From: Girardia tigrina
Taxonomy: Eukaryota
Direction: 5' to 3'
NCBI GenBank assembly: GCA_001938485.1
Contig: MQRK01255124.1
Location: forward strand, 1 to 64,000
Length of the DNA stretch: 64,000 bases
Below the pieces are notes generated by a model. It searched no databases, had not been told where the DNA came from, and worked only from the letters and a program-made list of their open reading frames with translations. This document shows, piece after piece, positions 28,601 to 41,300 of the stretch (its first letter is position 1; each line of letters starts with the position of its first letter). Both the position numbers and the translations under genes were made by a program.

Positions 28601-31600
28601 TTTTTTTTATAAATATTCATCCATCTCATGTCTAGCGGAACAAATCTCTATTGATATCATGTTGCTATATATTCTGATAATTTCTTATATTTCCACTGAA
28701 TAATCTTTAAATATTTTAAAAGAATATAAATAAACTTAAAAACATAAATGTTTATCAATTATCCAACATTGATATTAAAGGTTTAATAATGACAACAAAA
28801 AAAAGGTTGAGGTTAATGGAGGTTTGATTATTAGACTCATCAACGGTGACATTTAAGATGTTCTATAGAGAACAATTTCTTTCGGCTACCAGATCATCAA
28901 TATACTCGGCAGGCCCTATGACCACCTGCCGGTAACTATCAACTGATCATCTGTCTTCAATTCCCTTTTAAGATCTTTTCATATTCCCTGCCTGATCGTT
29001 AACACTCACTGCAGGCACTATGAGCACCTGCCGGTAACTATCAACTGATCAGCTGTCTTCAATTATCTTCAAAGATTTTTTTCTCATTCACTGTCAGATC
29101 GTCAACAATCACGACAGGAACTATGAGCACCTGCAGTAACTATCAACTGATCGGCTCCCAGCAATATATTTTAGCATGTGTCCAATTTATATCTATACTC
29201 CATCAACCTCTAAAAAAATTAAAATTAAAAAAACTCACAAAAACTGAAGATTGAAAAATTTATTAATTTGTAATCATCAACTAGGCAAAAAACTTTCTGA
29301 ACAAATAACAGATTCAAACTAATTTATAGTAATTCGTTTTTTCGAAATTTTCACATAAATTTAGAGATCGCTGGACTTTGTGTCACTAGTTTCGGCAGGC
29401 ACTATAAGCCCCTGCCGTTATCTGTTGACAACAAAGTCCAAATCAGTTTTTGTTTAATCAAATAAAAATAACAACATTTTCATTTAGATGAACAACGATC
29501 AAAGGTCAGATAGATCAAGTAAGTTTTCTAATTACATAGATAATAATAGTTTTTGTTAATTTCAGGATCAAAGGTGAAATCAATTAGGTAAGCTTTTTAT
29601 TCAATTAATTTTAATAATCATATATTTTATTTCAGATCAAAGTTCAAAATCAATTAAGGTTAGTTTTAATTAATTAATATTATATTTATTTAATAATCAT
29701 TTTATTTTATTTCAGATCCCGAGAAATTTTCAATCAGACTCAGTGCCCCCGTAATGAATTGGCCTGGTGTCGATTGGGAAATTTCTCGATCCCAACACTT
29801 GTATCGTACAGTTAGCAATGATGAAATCAATATCTCATCAGTACATGATTTAAAAAATCCCAATAAACTTAACGAAAGTGACATTTCAGCATTAATATTA
29901 TAATCCAAAGATCGTATATATGACACTTCATGTCACTCTTAAAAGTTGTTAAGTTTTTCCATCTAACATGAATCATTTATATTCAAAGGTTTTTTAAAAT
30001 CTTCAATCTCACAGTCGTAACTGACAGCTTTAATATTTACGTCTCGAACAACTACGTATTTCTTCATTCACTAGACCGTTGTCAAACACGAACGTTCTCT
30101 AGTAGTTTTGTATTTTATATGCTACAATCTCATAAAGCAATCATTTAATGAATTTTCCCGATTCAATGATTTTCCAGCTTTATCCAAACATATTCTTTTG
30201 TTTATTAATTCCCTTCATCTCAAAAATGTCCTTATATTCAATGGAAATTTAATAAATGTGCTAAATGTTAACCAAACAGAACAATCATTGACAAACCATC
30301 ACGTTGTTTTCTAGTAATTTCCTTGAAACATAACTTTCAAGTTCTTTTCTTTTATTTCTAACCTTTTCTCTCATTTGAACTTCGATCACTTCAGTTGCAT
30401 CTGGCAATTTCGCTCTACTAGCGCCAAATATTATATTAGGTTGGAAACTATGAAAGGGGCGTATTTTGTGTAATCTGTGTTCATCTGCGATATTTCAATA
30501 TTTCAATATTTCAATAATTGTTTATAATTTTAATTATAAAGCTTAAAAGTAAAGTTTTGTAAAGTTTTTTTTGTGTTGGTATCCCATATTTATTTTATTT
30601 TTATCCTAAACCAGATGGAAACAAAACGCGATTTGCATCCACTCTTTTTGTACGAGTTTAAATTAAATCGTATAGCAGCTCAAGCTTCAAGAAATATTAA
30701 TCAGGCATTCGGAGATGGATCAACCAATGAAAAAAATGCTCGATATTGGTCCCAAAAATTTCGTTCTGGGAATTTGAGTATCGTTAATGAACCTCGAGGT
30801 AGACCATCGACCCATATTGATTATGAGGAATTAAGGACAACTGTGGAATTCGATCCACACACAACTATTCGAAAACTTGGGTCCAAACTAATTGACGGAA
30901 CTGGAGATGATTGACCGCGAAAGCAAGTTACTTCGCAATACTCGGTTGCCGTTTTTACACCAAATCATCCCTTGTGATGAAAAGTGGATTTTGTATGACA
31001 ATGGAAAACGATCAAGCCAATGGGTAGATAAGAATACACCCCCAGGACACACCCGAAAACCGAAATTTCATCAAAAAAAATTATAGTCACCATATGGTGG
31101 AATGCCCAAGGAGTGATCCATTATTCCTTTCTACAACCAGGAGAAACTATAACATCGATGTCTTATTGTCGTGAAATTGATGTCATGCTTGAGAAACTTA
31201 AAAAAAACAACCAGCATTGCTTAATCGGAAAGGCCCTATTTTATTGCGCGATAACGCAAGACCCCATAAAGCTTCGATTACTGTTGACAAATTAAATTCT
31301 CTACAATATGAAATTTAACTACATCCTCCATATTCACCTGATATTTCACCGACCGATTACTACCTTTTTCGTAATTATGAATTATTTTTAAGAGAAAAAA
31401 AATACAATAACCAAAATAATATTAAAAATGACTTTGAATTGTTTATTAACTCAAAAAATAAAAAAAATTTTCAAAAAGGCATATATGATTTGCTCAATCG
31501 TTGGCAAAAAGTCGTAGATGCCGATGGGAATTATTTCAATTGAATAAAATAAATAATGTGAAAATTAGCGCTTTTCGTTTTTTATTTTCATTCAACACCC

Positions 31601-34600
31601 GTTTCATAGTTTCCAACCTAATACTTATTTTATCGTAGTCTATCATGTTTGAAAGTAATGTAGTTTCCAAAAATGATGTCAACATATGCAGGCAGTCTTT
31701 CAATCAAAATAGTTTCAACATAGCTGCACCTTAAAAGACTATCTACGTGACTAGTATAAACCGTTAACAGGTTCTTGGTTTAAACCTCGAAGATTCATGA
31801 ATTCATTTTGCAACTACTGGTACGGGTTGTATTGCTACTAATGTCGATCATCACCTTCATCATCTCCCCATCGATTAACACTTGTTGGATTAAAAAATTC
31901 TAAACCACTACAGTACATGAATAAAAAATTGACGATATAGAATTGTAGAAGTGAATCATAATTTTCGGTGTTAGTATTGTTAATAATTTGCCAATGGGTC
32001 ATTCGTCCTTCAATAGATGCAAGGTTGAGTCAAGTTTCTCTTTCCGATGTTGTTTTTTATCGCTTTGCTATTGAATTTGAAATAATCGACTGAACTGAGG
32101 ACTGAGAGCAAAAAATATTACTAACTTTAAATGTCTATAACTGGAACATAAATTCACAAATTACAAAAAACTAATCAAGTGGGCTGTTGTTTGAATAAAT
32201 CAAAATAAAATTCGCTTTAGTCTTCATTTTTGAATTTCATTTCTCATGAATATGTCGTCAGAAACATGAAGTCGTGAATTAATTATTCATTTATTTCAAG
32301 AAAATCCACAATCAAGTCAGAAAAAAAATGCCACAAAGGCAAATGTTTGTTCGAAAACAGTTTCTAACGTTATTAAAAACTTCAATGAGAACTTGAACGT
32401 TTTTAGAAAAATTGGTTCGGGAAGAAGAAAGGGCTTTTCGTGTACACAGAATGGGAAGAAAGTAAAGGTTATGTTAGAGAGAAATCCTAGTCTATCAAAT
32501 GAAAACTTGCGGTAAAGGCGAATTGTAGCGAGAAAACAGTTAGGAAAATTAAACAATTTGGGGGTTTAAAAATGTATAAAGTTCAAACAGTAACAGACCA
32601 GAACGCTAACAAGAACGTAAAGGCATAGCAGCGAGTCAGAAAGTTTAAATCTGGTTTTCTTGCGAAGAAAAAATGTTGCATTATGGATGACGAGACTTAT
32701 GTGCTCTTCGAGTTTTCCCAGCTACCCGGACAAGCATTTTACTCTGCAACTAAGAGAGAAGGAGTTGAAGAAAAAATTAGAAGCAAGAAAAAATCTAAGT
32801 TTCCCAAAAAATTTCTTGTTTGGCAGGCTATAATGTGGATGTGGGAAAAGGAATAAATGCTTTGTCACATATTGCACAATAAACACAGAACTCTTTATGA
32901 AGGAGTGCTTGCAAAAGCGTTTATTACCATTCATAATTCAACACAGAGGTCTTACTTTCTTTTGCCCGGATTTGGTATCGTGCCACTATGGCAAGGCAGC
33001 CAAGAAGTGGTACAAAGATAATAACGTCGATTTGGGGCAAAGAGAGGCAAACCCACCAAATTATCCAGAGCATCACCAAATCGAAAGATATTGGGCCCTG
33101 GTAAAAAGGCAATTAAAGACGACAAACAAGAGGGCACAGACAATTGCAGATTTTTGGAACAAGTGCAGCTAAATGCAGCTAAAAACGTGACAGAAACTAC
33201 AATTGCAAGTCTAATGGCAGGCATTCCGGAAAAGCTCGCAGAATTTATTAAAAAAAATAAATAATCATTCTTAGCTTACTAAAATTATTTTGAATTAAAC
33301 ACATTTTTCAAAACAGTAGGTATTTTTTCAATCAAAAATATGGTTTTGAAGATAGAGGATTTTCAAGTTATTAATATTTTTCGCACTAAGTCCTTACATC
33401 TGAATCATTTATATTTACACATTTCGGAATGCTAAAGCTAGTGGTTTAAGACTCCTCGAAGGTTTCTGCAAGTCTTCGTAACAACTTCATTATTATACTG
33501 TCGAGGCCAGATCTTTTTGGCAAAGTATCTCTAACTTTAGAGGAGGGATTTTTAGTTCAATCTTGGTTGGATTTGTTTTAATTTCCTCCTTAAACTGTGA
33601 AGGTAGTCAATGGCCGTAGTTAGGTACGCCGGATCTCGTTCGATCTCCGAAGTTGAGTAACCAACGGCCGCGTTAGTACTTATATGGGTGACCGATAGGG
33701 AAATCGCGGGGCCATTGACTATAGGTCAGGTTAGACTAGATGTCTGCTATAGGTACCATGTAGACCTGTAATACATGTCCCATGGTCGAATGGTTGGCGA
33801 CTAAACCAGCTCCCTCATCCAGAGCAACCTGGATGAAGAGGCTGTGTCGACATCTAGCAGGATGAAAAACAAAACCTAGCAAAGGGCGGATGAGCTCCTT
33901 GGAGCCAACGACCATCCATACATGAAGAGTAGATAGGCGCCACCAAGTTCCTTGCTTACTGAGACACTCAAAAATATGCAAAACCAAACCATAATGCTTG
34001 TGCATAATTGAGTGCACTCACGGCCCCATTGTTAACGTACCAAAAAATCTGGGAATAAATGATTTTACATTAAATGCATCGATTTAATATTTGATATAAG
34101 TCATAGTCTCGATTGACTATTTGATTTTGGCTATCAAAACAAACAATCTGTCAACAAAGAGTTGATATAGCCGAAGCAATGTAACTATTTGCCTTTACTG
34201 AACTCTCGATGTAATTTTCTTAGTATTTTTTGTCGATTCAATGACAAATGTTTTTCTGAAAATCGCATTCGAAGTTTTTTAATAATTAGAATTAGAATTG
34301 CAAAATCATGGGTACCGAGGTCATAACTGTTCTGTCAAATGTAGTGTAGCGAAACGAACCAGAGCTTTGAAAATTCATAGATCTTTTCCAGTAGCCACGC
34401 GGAACTACCATATCACGATCTGTATCTGATTAAAAGGTTTTACACGATACGTACGTTATGGGCCAAAACCATTCGAATCAGTGCTGCTATGCAAAAATCT
34501 GCAAGGTCAGCGGAGGTCGATTGGAGAGACAAAATTGTCATTTCAAAACATGGATTAGTGAACATTCATAACCGAGAGGATCGATTAAGGTGCTATGCAA

Positions 34601-35554
34601 ATATCGATAAGTTAGGACTTCAATAGTTTCATAAGATTAGCTTCATATTCTTCAAACGATTTTTGATTCGCATAACGAGAGATTGTATTGAGAATCATTG
34701 TTTATCAGACAATACATATATTTAATTAATAAACAAGATGAAAAGGTAAAGCAGACTCAATATTAAATATTCAGTATTAAATATTAATTTATTTAATTAT
34801 TTTTATCATTCAAAAAATGACTTAATATAAATTTTTGTAATATTTATTTCCTTTTAGAACCATTTGGTAATATTTTTTGGTAATAAATAAATAAATAATT
34901 TCGAATGATGATCGACGTGGATCAAAATATGTTGAACGATTATTTTTTTGGAATAAAAATAATTTTTCTGAGACATATAGCGAATCTTTTTTACTTAAAA
35001 ATATGAAAATATATTATTTTAAAGTATTAAAAATTTTGTCTATTGTTTGACATTTATATCCGGCTTTGCGTAACTCCATCAATTTTTTATTTTAGTTTTA
35101 TTTATTTTTCAATTTTGCTCAGGAATTTTTATGAAGCAAAAAATTTATAAAATGTGTTATTGAAAAGTAATACTTAAGTAAAACCACCTGCTTGTATTTG
35201 AATGGGGGTTAATATCGATTTCGAATATTGGGAACTTAAGATCAGAAAAGCAAATCCCATGGTCGTTGCAAATGTAAAAGGAATCGAAAACCAAACCAAC
35301 CCTCCAAGAATAAATCCCCACATTCCTTGTCTTGGTTTTGCAGCAACACTACATTGCCAATATGCTTGATCGACAAACACTGTTCCGAAGTTTCCTAATG
35401 TATTTTATATAAATTTATTTTTAATAAAGGTTGATAAAATATTTTTGTGTACGAAATTCGGTGATTTTATTTGGATTTGATTCTTCAAAAAATTTAATAA
35501 TTTTGTAAATTTTGAATTAAATTTAAATATATCATACTTAAAACTAGTTACACA

Positions 35555-35596
<42 letters not shown>

Positions 35597-38269
35597 CAAT
35601 ATTTATATTTATATACATATAAAGGATCTTAAATATTATTATGACATTCTCCTGAATTATTGATAAAATGTTGTTCCCAGACAACAGTGGCGTAGCAACT
35701 GTTATTGGCGCCCGGGTCGGTCCTAAGATTGACCGCCCCCATAACTTTAACCCTAAACCCTAACCCTAACCATAAGCCCTAACTTTAACCCATTATTCGG
35801 AACCCTCAATTAGTGTCTTCGTTAAAAATTAAATAGAGTTATGTTATTGCTGGTCTCAAAATCTTTACTTTAATTTCATATTTTTCTTACGATACTCTTA
35901 TTCTTATACTAAGAATTATCAAGTAACGAAGTCATTTCAAAATTTTCAATTTTATTTACAATTTACAAGCGAAATTCTCATACTTCCATTTTCTACAAAT
36001 TTATTGATAACAGTATCAAAATTCATTTCAGTAGCAAGCTTTCTCTCAATGGAAAGGACTGCCAAGTCTGTAAGCCTTGATTGACTCATTGTAGCTTTAG
36101 TTTTGAAAACTAGCATTCGCAGCTGGTAACGCTAGTAGCCCGGGTAATAAAGATGCCCAGCAAGATCGCAATATTAAGGACGAATTCCCAAGGTTATCTC
36201 TCTGTATGAAGCTCAAAAGTTCTAAAGGGTCTGTTGATTCTGTAGTTTTCTGAAACTCGGACAAAATACTACATTCTTCTTCTTTCGGCTTACAATTCCT
36301 TTTTCTCCACCTCGTCTTCTAATGTTCTAAGCTGGCAATAGTAATTATAATCAAAGAGATTCGATAGTGCAATGAGAGTATATTTGTTTGCATGATCATA
36401 AACTTGTTGAAATGTTGAATATATTTCCTCAATTAACCTATCTACGACAGACAGCATTTCCTGTCTCAACCCAACATCAAATGTCATCGCTACATCGACG
36501 CTCCATGCTTATCCACATTTCAAAGAAGAGCTTCTAAGATTCGACCATTGCAATGCCCACCATCCTTTCTCTATTCTTAAAAATGTAATCTCTCAGTGCT
36601 GAGCTTGACAGAATTTTGATGCAGACCAAGCAATTTTGTTTAAAGACACTTCTTGGCATCATTGATCTCTGGTAGAACATAATTCTAAAGGCTCAGAAGC
36701 GACAGAAACGGAAATGACAGTACTGATGATAGAAGAAAAGAGGCATCTGATCTTGTCGTCACATTCTCTCCTTCTTTGGTGAACTTCACCAGAGCAGTCA
36801 CGACAAGTGATAATTTGTTCAAGAGAATATTTATAGCATTTGATCGAGTGCTCCATCTAGTTTCCACAAGCCGCTTAATATTTAGACCAGTCTCATGACT
36901 CAAAACATCCCAGCGATGCGTATATGCGGAAATGAAAGAGAACAACCGGTCCAATATGCCAAAGCATGTAACAGAGTGAACCACAACAGAAGCTGCATGT
37001 ATGCAAGTCAAATTCTGGGTGTGATTTGAGCATGGCACAAATACAACTTTCATGTTTATTTTGGAGATGTGCTTCTGGACGCCCGATCGATGGGCAGCCA
37101 TAACAGTAGGCCATGGCAATCATCAATCTGAATCTCGTCCTTTTCTAGTTGTCTGAATATCAGTTCACAAATTTCCGTTGCGCTTTTTCACTTTGTCTCG
37201 ATAAAGCGGACAAACGACTCCTCCACTTTCACTTCATTTTCATCCATGTTTACGAAGCTTAAGATCTCGTTGAATTGGTCGTTGTACGATATAGCTGTCT
37301 AAAATTATTCAAAAATACTTGCTCTTCTTGACTTGTGCGATGATTTTCTGTCTCACCTGCTGTGTTAATATGACTAGAAACTCATTTTGAACCTCTAGTA
37401 ACAAATATGAATTGATGATATATTTTCCCAGCTTAATTTTTATCAAATTTTCACGTAGCACAGGGTCATACTTAGCAAACAAATGAACCAATTCCCAATT
37501 TTTTATTCTATTTTCCTGATTTCCGTCGTCGTGAATGTCTTCCCGGTGGCCCCTTAGTCCCAGTAATCTAGCCAGACTTTCTCGCAATTTCTTAGTTTCT
37601 TTCTCAATTAATTCTTCCTCTACTTTTTTTATTGCCTTTCTTTCAGCGAGCCGGATCTCTACCTTTTTCCACTAGAGGCAGCAGCAGTATTGATTTAAAA
37701 TGTTGTATTAGTAATATAAACTTCATCTAAAAAGAATTTGTGCATCTCTGGCAAGAGACAAATCTTCAAGCCCATTGGCAGTTTTCACTAAATTCAGTGT
37801 CATTGTAACATTCTGTTATGGCCAGCATTTCTGATTAGATTTTTCTTCATTTTTTTATATATATAATATTATTTCCATTCCCAAATATCACCCCCAACAA
37901 TAATGCCACCCGGGGCGGACTGCCCCCCGCCCCCCTTCTTGGTTTGTCAACAATGAAATACCACTACTCTGATTGTTTCTTTACTTACTCAGTAATGCAG
38001 CACAGTTGACTTTGGTCAATTTGTTGTGGAGAAAAGGGAGCGATCTTCGGATGCTCTCGAGATGTTCTGAGGACAGTGTCAGGTGGGGAGTTTGACTGGG
38101 GCGGTACATCTGTCAAATGGTAACGCAGGTGTCCCAAGGTGAGCTCAACCAGGACAGAAACCTGGTGTAGACAAAAAGGGGAAAGCTCACTTGATTTTGA
38201 TTTTCAGTACGAATACAGACCGTGAAAGCGCGGTCTATCGATCCTTTTGAGTTTATCTTCAGAGTTTGA

Positions 38270-38302
<33 letters not shown>

Positions 38303-41300
38303 CAGGGATGTCTGTGCGGCCAGTGGGCATACTTCTACGTAGTATCCCTGAGAAACTAGAAGAAGGGTTTGATTCCGTCTCTAGGCTAAAGTGCCCGAAA
38401 GCTAGCCTTTCATTGCGGAAACAGCCGGCAATGTATCGTATTCAGGAATGGGCCAGGCGGAACTAAAGCATGCTCGACCCCAACATTGGGTTAGTGCTTG
38501 TTGAGAACCATCAGAGTCCCAGGCCTCCTATAAAGCCTCAGGCTTAATACTCGACAGGAGTTGAGGTGCACCACAGGGATGGGATACAATGTCGCTCGCC
38601 TCCCCGTGGTGTATCCTGGGAACTAGAAAGAGGGTCTCTCCCCTTTCTAGAAATAGAAGGGGGGGTCTCCTTGATCTTGCTAAATGAGTAGACGGATCGA
38701 TAGTGCCAGCAACTCTGTCTTTCGCTAAGACGCCGCTAACAAAACCCAAAACAGGGGTCTGGAAGGACCCGAAGTCATTAAGCTCCCGAGAGGGGGATCC
38801 CTCGTTAAGGATTCCACTATCAGTGGATTGAAGATTGGAACATGGAATGTTCGAGGATTGACCGACGAGAAGATACTAAACATCTCATGTATCTTTGAGA
38901 AATTAAAACTGGATTTGTGCATACTCACAGAGACGCACTGGCTTGGAAACGACATTACCTCATTCGGGGAATGGAGGATTCATCACAGTGGCAGTACGAG
39001 TGGCACTCGTGAAAGAGGCGTAGCCGTAATGATTCGATCGAGAGATTCCAAAGATGTGGAATTTGAAGCAGTAAGCGAGAGAGTTTTTCTCTGTCATATA
39101 CCCCACAGAAAGATCACATTAGTGGGTGTATACGTTCCAACTGACAGTGGATACTCGAGTGAAGAGAAGGAAGAGTTCTTTATTACACTACAAGAACAAA
39201 TTGAGAAGGCAACGGCTGAAGCAGAGAAGAGACGATTCGAGCTAGTAATTGGAGGTGACTTCAATTGCCGGCTCAGCCGGACGGACGAGAATGAGAAGAC
39301 GGTAGGGTGCTACACTAGTTCAAAGGTTACATCAGAGAATGGAGAACTTCTTATAGATCTCGCAGAGGCGTGCAACTTAAGGATAGAGAACACGTTCTAT
39401 AAACACAAGTTGACGCAAAGAACTAGCTGGACGCACCCTGCCACAAAGCAGAGACTACTATTGGACCTATTTCTGGTGCAGAAAAGCAGATGCAACAGGA
39501 TTAGGAATGTCAAAAGTTATCCTAACTTTGACTGCGGTTCAGATCATGACTTAGTCGTGTTAACAATACTTGTCAATAATAATAAGCAACTCAAATTGAC
39601 AAACGACAGAAGGAAGAAAAGCAAAGGAAAGGTGGACAGATTCTCTCTGCAGAATAACAAAGAGGCTATCAGCGCGGAGATTGGACGGGAATGTCCAAAG
39701 ATCGAGAGCTGGGACGATCTGGAAAAGACGGTCACAAGTACCATGGAGAAGTACCGTAAGAAGAAAGTCCTACTCAATCAAAGGTGGCTACATGAGCACC
39801 TAGAGGAGCTGAAGCCTCTACTGCAGGAGAAATGGAAACGCAGAAGAGAATATATGCAGAATAGGTGTGAAAGAACCTACTCAATATGGAAGGCTGCAAG
39901 ATTAACAACCTTGCGGATTCTCAGAAAATGGAAAAGAGAGAGGATAGAGACTATAGGCCAAGAGATAGAAGGGATTCTTAACAGAGAATGTCTCGGAAAG
40001 ACTTCTGAGCTATACACGGAACTCAGAATCTTGTGTAACAGTCAAACAAAGGAATCCTCTCTCTGTTCAGTGGAGAGTAGTATCAAAGACGAAGTGTTGG
40101 CAGAACACTTTTCACGCCTATTCAAGAAGAATGAAGGAGACTATGTCTTGGAACTGGATCAAAGTCAACAATTGGATATCAACTATTTACCGGACGTGGA
40201 AGAAGTGGGTGCCGCAATAACACAACTCAAAAACGGCACGGCTGCTGGAAACAATGGTATCATTCCAGAGCTATACAAGTGGGGAGGCCACCAGCTAACG
40301 ATCAAGATTATGCAATGTTTCGAGGCCATCTGGGAGGGAAGAGCAGAATTCCCGGAAGCATGGAAAACGGCGAAAGTCGTTATCCTTTACAAAGAGAAAG
40401 GGTCTAAAAAAGACTTGAATAATTACAGAGGAATATTCCTACTTGATGTAGGCGGAAAGATAATGGCTCGAATCATCGCAAACCGACTGATACCACATCT
40501 TGAAAGGATACTGGATGATTGGCAATTCGGCTTCAGGCCGAAAAGAAGTACTGGACAAGCGATAGGTATCATAAAGAAGATACAAGAAGAGGCAAGATAC
40601 CGAAGCAAAAGCGTATATGCAATATTCATCGACCTTGAGAAGGCTTTCGATAGTGTTCCCAGGAAAGTTCTCTGGGACTGCCTTCAAGGAATTGGGGTAC
40701 AAGGACATATGCTGAACGTCATCATGAAATTCCACGAAAACTTCACGGGTAGTATAGGAAAAGAAGTATTCCAGATGGACAAGGGAGTGCGACAAGGTTG
40801 TGTATTAGGACCCCTGCTATTCAACCTTGTCTTCGACTGTGCGATCAAAATATCAGTCAAGGATGGTCTATCAGGTGGAGTACAGGTGATTCACAATGGA
40901 GAAGTACTACTCGTGAATCGATTGGCGTACGCAGATGACTTGTGCCTGCTGGACGAAGATTATGGGAATATTGAGAAAAATATGACATGTCTAAACACTG
41001 CGTTTAAGAAGATGGGGCTCAAAGTAAACATTGGGAAAACGAAGATACTTAACCTCAATGGAGCCAGATATATCACGGCACGAGACGAGCTGAACGCCGG
41101 GATCGAATGGGTGGATGAATTCTGCTACCTGGGCTCCATAATTGAGAGCGGAGGGAGCTCAGGTGTAGATATCAAAAGCAGAATCAAGAAAGGAGTAATC
41201 AAACTAAGAACGATTAGACCAGTGTTGAAGAACAACAAGTTGTCCCTCTGAAACAAGCGCAACATCATCTCCAGCTGTGTATTCCCTGTGGTCTACTACA

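Noticed and set aside
33884-33916. Hammerhead-like cggatgagctc-cttg-gagccaac
   Set aside because: Three core positions deviate (U4, G12, A15.1) and stem I cannot form.
41249-41251. Programmed readthrough or separate ORF2 in the LINE
   Set aside because: The relative has an Arg codon here, so a CGA-to-TGA mutation is the simpler explanation.
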